Part shown: positions 13,428 through 25,446 of the stretch, piece by piece
Position numbering within the stretch: position 1 is the stretch's first letter
How the letters are laid out: the number at the start of each line of letters is the position of its first letter
NCBI RefSeq assembly: GCF_004010195.1
Contig: NC_057718.1
Span: 16,770,192-16,834,191, forward strand
DNA length: 64,000 nt
Reading direction: 5' to 3'
Source of the DNA: Chiloscyllium plagiosum
Lineage: Eukaryota
Position numbers and translations under genes: made by a program
The notes under the pieces: generated by a model
What the model was told of the DNA's origin: nothing
Seen by the model: the letters and a program-made list of their open reading frames with translations, nothing else
Database searches by the model: none

Positions 13428-13779
13428 TTATAAAGTATCAGGCCATACAGTTGCCTTGTACATGGCTACATTCCAACTAATCACCCTCTAAGTCATTGCC
13501 ACTCTGTCTCAAATGATCACTGTTGACACACTTTTGGTCATTATCCAGTCGAGGAACATCATGTACATGCAAGCAAACAAACATGAACTATTATTCAAAA
13601 CCACCAAAAACAAACACAAGCTAAAATAGAGGCTGCAGGTTGCCTCACAAAGAATTCAAAATGCTGGCATTATAACCAATAACCAGTCTACAGTCCATGA
13701 TGATCTGGTGTACCCAGCTCCCATCTACTGCAGCCATGTGACAATCAGGTCCTTGTAGCACTTAAGCCAGCCAAGATCA

Positions 13780-14440
13780 GTCATAGAAAGGAAAGCTTCC
13801 TTGCCCCACTGTCCTTGTCCTCCTCCTCAGCATCTAGCACATTATCTTAGTTGCAGCTGCACATGTGCAAAGCACAGCAAACCAAGATAATCCAACACGC
13901 TGTATAGACTCTACTGGAGGAACCCTGCTCCATGCCACAATCATCTGTTCCGCTACAGCCATGGTCGAAACATAGGCAGTATTGTACCCGTGCTTTGCAT
14001 CAGTCAAGGGGATATGCAACAGCATCACAAGCCTGGTTGCAGTGGGTATCCCTCATCTCCCAGTGACCATACTTGTCAAGCACCTGTATCCTCTAATGCA
14101 ACAGGTACATGTGAGTGCTTCAGAATGTAAGATTAGTGGCAGGGCAGCAAGCATACACCTACAGGAAGTGGTAACAGTGATCATAGATCATTTGAACATC
14201 AGTTGAATGAAACCCTACTTTATTGATGAATTCCTCAGCATTGTGATATGGCTCTCTTGGTGTCACATTTGTGCAGGCGATGGCTCGCTGTATCTGTGGG
14301 AAGACACCTATGTTCCCAAATTCTGCAGCACTGACCTGGTTATTGTGAAACAAGATGAACCGGTATGATCTTGCACAAATGACATTGGTCAATGTCCCAA
14401 TGCATGATGAAGAGATCCTACACAGGTCACCTGTCACTCC
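13780..14440 (-). mobile_element. Harbinger/PIF (HARBI1-like) transposase remnant
   Basis: GVFPQIQRAIACTNV...EFINKVGFHSTDVQMIYDH and GDEGYPL...GYNTAYVSTMAVAEQMI match GFPQVxGAIDCTHV / NRKGFHSxNVQ / GDxGYPL motifs; frameshifted. Confidence 0.82.
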
Positions 14441-14444
14441 TTAG

Positions 14445-14578
14445 AAGAAGGTGAAAGTGAGGACTGCAGATGCTTGAGATCAGAGTCAAGATTAGAATGG
14501 TGCTGGAAAAACACAGATCAGGCAGCATCCAAGGAGCAGGAAAATTGACGTTTCAGGCAGGAGCTCTTCATCAGGAAG
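14445..14578 (-). mobile_element. Penelope-derived short fragment with a hammerhead-like core
   Basis: Minus strand reads CTGATGA-AGAGCTCCTGCCT-GAAAC-GTC, followed by the same terminal sequence as the 13219 element. Confidence 0.7.
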
Positions 14579-15069
14579 CAGCCCCTAGACATGATTGACC
14601 AGACCCATGCCTGCTATGTTAATAGCTCGCCAACTGCTCACTTCCTGTCTGCAGTCAGATATATCCTCTGATTGTGAATGGCGTAAACAGATGACTGGCA
14701 AATGGAGCGAGTCGGCCAGCATATCTGAAACAGGGATGATTGTTAGACTGGGGACAGGTGCAGATAGTCAGCAGCTTGCAAGCCCATTCAGTCCACGTGT
14801 AGAAGCCCCCTGCACTGATCTACTGCAGGTCTTTTATAGAAAGACTGTAATGTTTACGTTTTTCACTTTATTTCTTATTTTTCTAATTTATATACATAAC
14901 TGTAAGGTAATTTATTTTTTTTCCCTTACTTCTCTATTTTCTATCTAAGACTTATACCGAGGTACTTTGTACCTAAGATCGCCACATGGGGCGACATTGT
15001 AAATTTTTCACTGTACTCCTATACTTCTCTACTTGAGTACACATGACAATTAGAATTAGAATTTGCTAA

Positions 15070-15877
15070 TTGTCATGTCCCTGATCAGAGTGCGGACTGT
15101 GCTCATGAACTGGTCTCAGTTTCAACCTCAGTATGAATCAAATCCTTTACCAAGCTGTCCCATGGCAAATCTGGTCTATCCTTCCATTAATATTAACGGA
15201 TAAATCCTCCCAAACACGGCACATTTTCCCTACTTGCAAACCATCTCTCATCCAAGGCTGACATTGTTGCAGAGATCTAAAACTGCATCCAATCCGTGAG
15301 TACTGCATCCGGATGCCTTCGGATGAGAGTCTTTGATGACCATCTGTACTGCGACCAGTATTCTTGTATGTAAGGCAGTCATCCCTTTGACTGTCCTGTA
15401 TGGCTCCAAGACTTGGACTACATATAGACTTGGAGAAGTACTGGAGAAGTACCATCAATGCTGTTAAACATAGATTCCTGGCATCTTTTGGGAGTACAAG
15501 TTTATTCACATCAGTGTCCTTGAAGTTACCAAGAGCACAGCATCAAAGCCATGATTATCCAAGGCAAGCTTCATCAGGCTGGCCACATGTTTACGATGCT
15601 GAAGTTCCAACTGCCAAAGCAAATCTTTGCCCAGCTCAATCAAGGCACTTAACCAAGAGGTGGAACAAGGAAGCGCTTAAAAGTATCCTGAAAATCTTAC
15701 TTCAAGAAATGCAACACAGACATCAAAACCTGTGAATCCCTTGCTCAGAACAAACCAATTTGTAGGAATGTTCTGTATGAAGGAACCTATTTTCTTCAGA
15801 AAGGAATACCAGCAATCTCAAGGCTTCACCTTCCAGAAACATCTGCAAAATGTGTGGTAGAAAGTGTAGCTCTAGGA
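15070..15877 (+). mobile_element. RTE-clade LINE 3' remnant
   Basis: Degenerate C-terminal motifs (LHQAGHMFTM ~ LRWAGHV; LPKQIF; terminal CKMCGRKCSSRI..SH). The last motif resumes after the SINE at about 16387. Confidence 0.65.
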
Positions 15878-16067
15878 TGGGCAAAGATTTGCTTTGGCAG
15901 TTGGAACTTCAGCATTGTAAACATGTGGCCAGCCTGATGAAGCTTGCCTTGGATAATCATGGCTTTGATGCTGTGCTATTGGTAACTTCAAGGACACTGA
16001 TGTGAATACACTTGTCCTCCCAAAAGATGCCAGGAATCTATGTTTAACAGCATTGATGGTACTTCTC
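15444..16067. repeat. 190-bp inverted duplication (15444-15633 vs 15878-16067)
   Basis: Reverse-complement match with about 4 mismatches; 244-bp spacer. Confidence 0.93.
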
Positions 16068-16378
16068 TGGGCAGCACGGTAGCACAGTGGTTAGCACTCA
16101 CAGCGCCAGAGACCCGGGTTCAATTCCCGCCTCATGCAACTGTCTGTGTGGAGTTTGCATGTTCTCCCCTTGTCTGTGTGGGTTTCCTCCGGGTGCTCCG
16201 GTTTCCTCCCACAGTCCAAAAATGTGCAAGTTAGGTGAATTGGCCATGCTAAATTGCCCATAGTGTTAGGTGAAGGGGTAAATGTAGGGGAATGGGTCTG
16301 GGTGGGTTGCTCTTTGGAGGGTCGATGTGGACTTGTTGGGCTGTAGAGCCTGTTTCCACACTGTAAGTAATCTAATCT
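16068..16378 (+). mobile_element. tRNA-derived SINE (HE1-like)
   Basis: A-box-like ggtagcacagtggttagc, B-box ggttcaattcc, same body as the 11683 and 27158 copies, ctaatct tail. Confidence 0.92.
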
Positions 16379-16433
16379 TCCTGAAAGGATCAGGTTTAAC
16401 AGCCACACAAGGGTCTAGAAAACCCATGACCAG

Positions 16434-18024
16434 TGTCACAAAGTTGGTCCCTATTTTCTAAAAGCAGTTCCTTTTCTCTAGGATACCGTGTCCTTGGCTT
16501 TTTTCAGACGGGTCGTAAGCCAGCTCCTGGCTCTGGGGTAACTAGTTTGGTACAGAGATTGAGAGGCCTTATGTTTATATGTAAACAGATGAGACATCAG
16601 GCAAAAGTGGTCATGTTTAGAAGTGACCTGTATAATGAAAGGGGAGTAGTCAGTTCTCGAGCTGAGCAGTTCAGTCCAGAACCAATTAGGAGTTCAACAG
16701 TGAGCTGTGTGGAAACAGGTTGTGAAACTCTCTCTTTCTGCACTTTTAACTTCAACCTGTAAGCATTTCCTCCATTTTTACTGCTTTTTAAGGGGTTTGC
16801 TTATTGGGACTGTTTTGTATATTCAGAACAGCATAATTAAGTCTAGAGTCATAGAAATGTACGGCATGGAAACAGAACCTTCAGTCCAACCCGTCCATGC
16901 CGACCAGATATTCCAATTCAATCTAGTCCCACCTGCCAGCACCCAGCACATATCCCTCCAAACCCTACCTATTCATATACCCATCCGAATGCCTCTTAAA
17001 TGTTGCAATTGTACCAGCCTCCACCACTTCCTCTGGCAGCTCATCCCATACACGTACCATCCTCTGTGTGAAAACATTGCCCTGTAGGTCTCTTTTATAT
17101 CTGTCCCCTTTCACCTTAAACCTAGGCACTCTAGATCTGGACTCCCCAACCTAGGGAAAAGACTTTGCCTATTTACCCTATCCATGCTCCTCATAATTTT
17201 GTAAACCTCTATAAGGTCACACCTTAGCCTCCGACGCTCCAGGGAAAACAGCCTCAGCCTGCTCAGCCTCTCCCTATAGCTCAAATCCTAACCCTGGCAA
17301 TGTCCTTGTAAATCTTTTCTGAACCCTTTCAGGTTTCACAACATTTTTCTGATAGGAACGAGACCAGAATTGCACGCAGTATTCCAACAGTTGCCTACCA
17401 ATGTCCTGTACAGCCGCAACATGACCTCCCAACTCCTGTACTCAATACTCTGACCAATAAAGGAAAGCATACCAAATGCCTTCTTCACTATCCTATCCAC
17501 CTGCGACTCCACTTTCAAGGAGCTATGAATCTGCACTCCAAGGTCTCTTTGTTCAGCAACATCTCTAGGACCTTACCATTAAGTGTATAAGTCCTGCTAA
17601 GATTTGCTTTCCCAAAATGCAGCACCTCACATTTATCTGAATTAAACTCCATCTGCCACTTCTCAGCCCATTGGCCCATCTGGTCAAGATCCTGTTGCAA
17701 TCTGAGGTAACCATCTTCACTGTCCACTTACACCTCCAATTTTGGTGTCATCTGCAAACTTACTAACTATACCTCTTATGTTCGCATCCAAATCATTTAT
17801 GTAACGTTTGGGTAGACTGAATTCTGTATGGGGTTCTGTATTCTGTTCTTTGTGTTTCATTGTGTAATTTTATGAATACATTTCTGTCTTTTAAAACCTG
17901 ATACTCAACCCAGTTAACTTACTCTGGGTAATTTTCACTGTACACTTACCAAAAGAAATTGCAAAGTTTTGGTGTGGGCTGCCTGCTTAGGAATGTTTTG
18001 AGTGGTCTGGCCTAGTCCATAACA
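16434..18024. mobile_element. Solo LTR-like element interrupted by a CR1 insertion
   Basis: TG...CA ends. The end gtctggcctagtccataaca is a close reverse-complement match to the terminus of the 53949 element. Flanks ccag/tcag (imperfect 4-bp TSD). Confidence 0.6.
16845..17803 (-). mobile_element. CR1-type LINE 3' part
   Basis: SKFADDTK, DLDQMGQWAEKWQMEFNSDKCEVLHFG, YRSWEVMLRLYRTLV; ctatgactct tail. Confidence 0.93.
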
Positions 18025-18249
18025 TCAGTGACATAAAATTTTCTAGGTAGATAATTATACTCATTAGCGAGTGATTGCCAACAATGATTCTCAGCATTCT
18101 ACAGGATCTTTCATATTTCGCTTATTTACACAAAATGTAGCCAGCCTGGAGTTTGTCTAAAATCCTTCAGGCCCTTTAATTTGCTGATATTAACAAATGG
18201 GCTTTAATCTCTTCTATGAGGCAAACATTGTCTTAAGATATAAGAAAAG

Positions 18250-19152
18250 GAATAAGTAAACAGAAACCAGTGGATATATTAGAATGGATTGTCAAGTGTT
18301 TGATAAGGTACCACACATTAGGCTACTTAATAAGATAAGAACCTACGGTGTTGGAGGTAGTATATTATTATGGATAGAGAATTGGCTAACTAATAGAATA
18401 TGGAGAGCTGGGATAAAGGGAGCATTTTCAGGATCGCAAATTGTAACTAGTAATGCGTCATATGATCAGTGCTGGGGCCACAATTCTTTACAAGATGTAC
18501 CAATGACTAGGATGACAGAAATGAATGAACTCCCAGTTGACACAAAATAAGTGTGCAGACAAGCACACTGGTTACAGACAGGTCCAGTGAGTGGGAAAAA
18601 AACTTGGCAGATGGAATATAACGTGGGAAAATGTGAGGTTATTCAATTTGGCATGAAGAATTGAGCAGATGAATGTTATTTAAATGGAGGTAAATCCAGA
18701 AAGTTGAAACACTGATGGAATTTGGGAGTTGTCATGCGTGAATGACAAAAAACTAGCATACAAGTTCAGCAAATAACAGGGAAGGCCAATTAACATTGGT
18801 TACTATTTCAATAGGAATGGAATATTTAAGAAAAAGGTCTTGCTAATACTATACGAGGCACTAATTAGACCACATCCCAAATAATGAAAAGTTTTGACCC
18901 TTTACCCAAAAAAAGATTTACTGGCATTGGTGGCAGTCAGAAGAAGGTTCGCCAGGTTGACCTCAAGTATGAAGGAATTTCTTTTTGAGAGGAGAGGTTG
19001 GGTCTATCCTCAATGGAGCTAAGAAGAATGCGACATAACCTTATTGAAATGTATTAAATGAGACATAATGTTATCTTCTCTGAGGGGTACTGAATCAGTG
19101 GGATAGTTTACCACAGAGTGTTGTAGAGGCTGGATGGTTATGTACATTCAAC
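18250..19152 (+). mobile_element. Old CR1-type LINE remnant (continues after nested insertions at about 19490-19530 and 22403-22500)
   Basis: DCQVFDKVPHIRLLNKIRTYGV...WIENWLTNR and the tggcagatggaatataa motif. Confidence 0.75.
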
Positions 19153-19490
19153 AAATCCCTACAGTGTGAGAGCAGGCCATTCGGCCCATCAAGTCCATAC
19201 TGCCGTCCGAAGAGCATCCCACCCAGACCCCCACATTCCCACTCTCTCCCTGTAACCATTTCCATGGCTAGTCCACTTAGCCTGCACATCCCTGGACATT
19301 ATCGGCAATTTAGCATGGTCAATCCACCTAAAGTGCACATCTTTGGACTGTGGGAGAAAACCAAAGCACCCGGAGTGTAGACACGGAAACAATGAGTAAA
19401 CACCACAGACAGTCACCCAAGAATGGGATTGAACACAGGTCCCTGGGACTGTGAGGCAACAGTGCAAACATTGAGCTACCATGCCACCCA
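19153..19490 (-). mobile_element. tRNA-derived SINE
   Basis: Reverse complement of the SINE body (ggcatggtagctca..., caaagatgtgca, gctaaattgcc). Confidence 0.85.
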
Positions 19491-19532
19491 CGAGGCTGAG
19501 ACAGACAGATTTTTAGAAAAGAAGCGAGTCAA

Positions 19533-22402
19533 CAGTCAGGGCAGGCAGGGACAAGACAAAGAACAAGGTAGTACTGATAAGTTAAACTGCATTTATTTCA
19601 ATGCAAGGTGTCTAACAGGGAAGGCAGATGAACTCAGAGCATGGTTAGGAACATGGGACTGGGATATCATAGCAATTACAGAAACATGGCTCAGGGATGG
19701 ACAGGACTGACACCTTAAAGTCCCAAATGCTACAGGAAGGATAGAAAGGGAGGCAAGGGAAGAGGGGGAGTGGCATTTTTGATAAGGGATAGCATTACAA
19801 CTGTGCTGAGGGAGGATATTCCCATTAATAGATCCAGGGAAGTTATTTGGGTGGAACTGAGAAATGTGAAAGGGATGATCACCTTATTGGGATTATATTA
19901 TAGACCCCCTAATAGTCAGTGAGAAATTGAGAAATAGATTTGTAAGGAGATCTCAATTATCTGTACGAATAATAGGGTGGGTATGGTAGGAGATTTTAAC
20001 TTTCCAAACATAGACTGGGACTGCCATGGTGTTAAGGATTTAGATGGAGAGGAACTTGTTAAGTGTGTACAAGAAAATTTTCTGATTCAGCATATGGATG
20101 TACCTACTACAGAAAATGCAAAACATGGCCTACTCTTGGGAAATAAGGCAGGGAGGTGACTGAGGTGTCAGTGGGGGAGCACTTTGGGGTCAGCAATTCT
20201 ATTAGTGATGGAAAAAGATAGACCAGATCTAAACGTTGAACTTCTAAATAGGAGGAAGGCCAATTTTGATGGTATTAGGCAAGAACTTTCAAAAGTGGAT
20301 TTGGGGCAGATGTTTGCAATAAAAGGGACGGCTGGAAAATGGAAAGCCTTCAGAAATGTCATACTGAGAGTCCAGAGACACTATATTCTTATTAGGGTGA
20401 AAGGAAAGTCTGGTAGGTGTAGGGAATGCTGAATGACGAAAGAAATTGAGGGTGTGGTTAAAAAAAGGAAGCATATTTCAAGTATAGACAGGATACATTG
20501 AGTGAATCCTTAGAAGAGTATAAAGGCAGTAGGAGTATATTAAGAGGGAAATCAGGAGGACAAAAAGGGGTCATGAGATAGCTTTGGCAAATAGAGTTAA
20601 GGAGAATCCAAAGGGTTTTTACAAATATATTAAGGACAAAAGGGTAACAAGGGACAGAATAGGGACCCTCAAAGATCAGCAAGGCTGCATTTATGTGGAG
20701 CCACACAAGATGGGGGAGATACTAAATGAGTATTTTGCATCAGTGTTTACTACAGAAAAGGACATGGAAGATATAGAATGTAGAGAAATAAATTGTGACA
20801 TCTTGAAAATTGTCCATATTACAGAGGAGGAAGTGCTGGATGTCTTGAAACGCATAAAAGTGGATAAATCCCCAGGACCTGATCAGATGTACCCTAGAAC
20901 TCTGTGGGAAATTAGGGAAGTGATTGCTGGGCCCCTTGTTGAGATTGTTGTATCATTGATAGTCACAGGTGAGGTGCCGGAAGACTGGAGGTTGGCTAAC
21001 GTGGTGCCACTATTTAAGAAAGGTGGTAAGGACAAGCCAGGGAACTATAGACCGGTAAGTCTGATGTCGGCGGTGGGTAAGTTGTTGGAGGGAATCCTAA
21101 GGGACAGGATGTGCATCTATTTGGAAAGGCAAGGACTGATTAGGGATAGTCAACATGGCTTTGTGCATAGGAAATAATGTCTCAAACTTGATTGAGTTTT
21201 TTCAAAAAGTAACAAAGAGGATTGATGAGGGCAGAGCGGTAAACGTGATCTATATGGACTTCAGTAAGGCGTTCAACAAGGTTCTCATGGGAGACTGGTT
21301 AGCAAGAAATACAGGGAGAACCAGCCATTTGGATACAGAACTAGCTCAAAGGTAGAAGACAGAGAATGGTGGTGGACTGTTGCTTTTCAGACTGGAGGCC
21401 TGTGGACCAGTGGAGTGCCATAAGGATCGGTGCTGGGTCCTCTACTTTTTGTCATTTACATAAATGATTTGGATGTGAGCCTAAGAGGTACAGTTAGTAA
21501 GTTTGCAGATGACACCAAAAGTGGAAGTGTAGTGGACAGTGAAGAAGGTTACCTCAGATTACAACGGGATCTTGACCAGATGGGCCAATAGGCTGAGAAG
21601 TGGCAGATGGAATTTAAGTTAGAATAATGTGAGGTGCTGCATTTAGGGAAAGCAAATCTTAGCAGGACTTAAATACTTAATGGTAAGGTCTTACAGAGAG
21701 TTGCTGAACAAAGAGATCTTGAGTGCAGATTCAAAGCTCCTTGAATGTAGAGTCACAGGTAGATATGATAGTGAAGAAGATGTTTGATATGCTTTCCTTT
21801 ATTGGTCAGAGTATTGAGTTGGGAGGTCATGTTGCAGCTGTACAGGACATTGGTTAGGCCACTGTTGGAATACTGCGTGCAATTCTGGTCTCCTTCCTAT
21901 TGCAAGTGTGTTATGAAACTTGAAACGATTTAGAAAGGATTTACAAGGATGTTGCCAAGGTTGCAGGGTTTGAGCTATCGGGAGAGATTGAATAGGCTGG
22001 GATTGTTTTCCCTAGAGCATCAGAGCATAGAGGTTTATAAAATCATGAGGGGCTTGAATAAGATAAATAGACCAACTCTTTCCCTGGGGTGGGGGAGACC
22101 AAAATTTGAGGGTATTGGTTTAGGGCGAAAGGGAACAGATCTAAAAGAGACCTAAGGGGCAATTTTTTCACACAGAGGATGGTCCGTCTGTGGAATGAGC
22201 TGCCAGAAGAAGTGGTGGAGGCTGGTGCAATTGCAACATTTAAAAGATATCTGGACGAGTATATGTATACGAAGGGTTTGGAGGGATATGGGCAAGGTGC
22301 TGGCAGGTGGGACTAGATTGGGTTGGGATATCTGGTCAGCATGAATGAGTTTGACCGAAGTGTCTGTTTCCATGCTGTACATCTCTATGACTCTTTGACT
22401 CT
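19533..22402 (+). mobile_element. CR1-type LINE with near-complete but disrupted ORF2 (APE endonuclease + RT)
   Basis: CIYFNAR..DIIAITETWL, VGDFNFPNIDW, KSPGPD, NYRPVSL, SQHGF, YMDFSKAF, KFADDTK; ctatgactct tail; multiple stops and frameshifts. Confidence 0.95.
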
Positions 22403-24462
22403 AAGGGAAACAAAGGTTATGGAGAAAAGGCAAGAAATTGTAGTTGGCGATTTCCAGTTCAGTGATGATCTCAATGGGCTGAATAGCCTATTCTTCCCCC
22501 ACGTCTTGTTCAGCTGACTGAACAAACTGAGTGCCAATGACAACAAGTTGGAACTCAAAAGCACAATTAACAGCTGCTGCATGAACAAAAGACAGTCAGC
22601 TATCAAGCAATACGCCGATTTCAGTAATGTATTTGGAGGCATGCAGCCATTTCACAGTTGACAAGACTTGGAGCTCAGATGTTCTTTATGCTTCTTGTCT
22701 TGGTTTGGAACTTTGTTGGGTTATCATTTTTATAGTTTATTATAGCTACAAATGTTCATTATTGATTTTATCATTCTCATGTTTGCACAGTTTTCATAGC
22801 TATTCTTTCTGCAATTTTTAAGCCATGTAGATTTTTTCCACTGAAAAGTTTAATAAAGTCAGATTATTTGTTGTTAACTTAACTTCCGTGATATTTTATT
22901 GCTACTTCTTATTTTTTATTGCTTATTGTATTTGATATCAATTCATGACTTTGAGATATTCAACGATGCCTTTAAGAGCTCCCTTAAAAATTTCATTTTA
23001 ATAGCTTTAAGAGCTTTGAAGTCTTTTTCAGCCCTTTACACCAATGAGGGATAATTTATGGCAACGAATTCTGATATCTACATGCACTGTCATTTGTTTT
23101 GAAATTAAAATGTTTGATATATGTGCTACTTCTAAGAGCAGTGAAAGGAAAATTGGTGTAATGTCTTGGATCTTCATATGCTACATTAAAAACTAAACTT
23201 CCAGAGATCCTTACAAAAATTGTAAAGTGTCTCAGGAAGGTGGTGGTAATGGGTATTTCAAATAAAACTTGGAAGTGTATAAAAAAGCAGTTGACATGGA
23301 GGAAGCAGCTGGCACTTGATGGGAGACTGATGTCAGACAATAGTGAACAAAGTGCTCCAGGGAATAGTTTTGGAGTCACCTCTGTGATCTACATAAACAA
23401 TCTGGATTCAGAAAGATATTTCCAATTACAAAACTTCTGCACAAATGGTTCATTAAGTCACACTATTTGCAAACTATTTCAAGAGATCAGTCCAACCCAT
23501 TCAGTACCAGACCCTTTGTCATTATCATAGCACTGCTACATTTTAAAAGTATTTCTGGCACAATTTCATGGTCAATCTGTACAAACGTTTATGTAACATG
23601 GGTGAGACATAGGACTGATTAGCATATTTAAACTTAATTCACTCGGACTTGTTTTGATAACTCTGGTCAGTTTCTTCAACATGGGAGATCTCATGACTTA
23701 ATTAAAACTGACATTTGTTCAAACTTTCAGGTTTAACATTAAGTGAGCTAGCTATGTCTTGAGGTAGTACTATCCCTGCTCCTCTTAAATCAGGGCTGAC
23801 ATCTGGGAACATAGTCTTCTACTTTAGGAAGTCAGCATGAGCATTACTTGATCAGATATAAAATAAGCAAGATGCCTGACTCTAAAGTCATATCTATTTT
23901 GGTTTAACAATGCGCATTAATCACATCCTCAAGTGACCACCCATACTGCACCATTTTCCACATCAACCAACTGTGCAGTCTCTTGAGAAATTATTACCAA
24001 TTTAGCTCTGATTAATAATGCATGCAGAGATCATTTCATGTTCCAATAGTAACTAGTAGGTTTTGGATTGTGAACAAATGTTTATTTCTCCATGTAGAAA
24101 AACAAAGTTATAATAACAGAACAAATTGCTTCAGGTGTTTTAAAAACTATGTACTTATGAAGCCATGTAATTACATTGGTCAAATGCTTCTACACAACAA
24201 TTGTAACATAGCCAATATTAAAGTTCCAAATTTCTGGTTATGATTGTGCATGTTGTATCATTACTGTAACAGCTAAAACGAATCGAGATTAAACAAACAG
24301 TATCTCTATGTAATTCTGACTTCATTGTTTTCAGCAATGTTAAAATTGAGTGACATGTTGCTGAAGCTTTTCACTATTAGGACAGACATAAGAATAGCAA
24401 ATTTCAAATTATCACATTTACTTATATTAAAAAGGAGAAATGGGTACAGATAGTTTGACAAG

Positions 24463-25446
24463 TCATAGAGTCATAGTCATATAGATGTACAGCATGGAAA
24501 CAGACCCTTCGGTCCATGTCGACCAGATATCCCAACCCAATCTAGTCCCACCTGCCAGTACCCAGCCCATAGCCCTCCAAACCCTTCCTATTCATATACC
24601 CATCCAAATGCCTCTTAAATGTTGTAATTGTACCAGCCTCCACCATTTCCTCTGGAAGCTCATTCCATACACGTACCACCCTCTGTGTGAAAAAGTTGCC
24701 TTTTTCTTTTAAATCTTTCCCCTCTCACCCTAAACCTGTGCCCTCTAATTCTGGACTCCCCAACCCCAGGGAAAAGACGTTGCCTATTTACCCTATCTAT
24801 GCCCCTCATAATTTTGTAAACCTCTCTAAGCTCACCCCTCAGCCTCCGATGCTCCAGGGAAATCAGCCCTAGCCTGTTCAGCCTCTCCCTATAGCTCAAA
24901 TCTTCCAACCCTGGCAACATCCTTGTAAATCTTTTGATAGGAAGGAGACCAAAATTGCATGCAATATTCCAACAGTGGCCTAACCATGGTCCTGTACAGC
25001 CGCAACATGACCTCCCAACTCCTGTACTCAATACTCTGAACAATAAAGGAAAGCATACCAAACATCATCTTCACTGTCGTATCTACCTGTGACTCTACTT
25101 TCAAGGAGCTATGAATCTGCACTCCAAGGTCTCTTTGTTCAGCAACACTCTGTAGGACCTTACCATTAAGTGTATAAGTCCTGCTAAGATTTGCTTCCCC
25201 AAAATGCAGCACCTCACATTATTCTAACTTAAATTCCATCTGCCACTTCTCAGCCAATTGGCCCATCTGGTCAAGATCCTGTTGTAATCTGAGGTAATCC
25301 TCTTTGCTGTCCACTACACCTCCAATTTTGGTGTCATCTGCAAACTTACTAACTGTACCTCTTAGGCTCACATCCAAATCATTTATGTAAATGACAAAAA
25401 GTAGAGGACCCAGCACCGATCCTTGTCTCCCTCCACTGGTCACAGG
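24463..25446 (-). mobile_element. CR1-type LINE 3' part
   Basis: QGSVLGPLLFVIYINDL..SKFADDTK and RPLLEYCMQFWSP; (ctatga)n tail at about 24463-24483. Confidence 0.93.

Noticed and set aside
16068..16135. tRNA genes at SINE heads (also 11683, 27158, 59385)
   Set aside because: A/B boxes run straight into the SINE body and LINE-like tail; no complete cloverleaf.
20584..21177. 197-aa ORF as a host gene or active reverse transcriptase
   Set aside because: A fragment of CR1 ORF2, bounded by stops and frameshifts.
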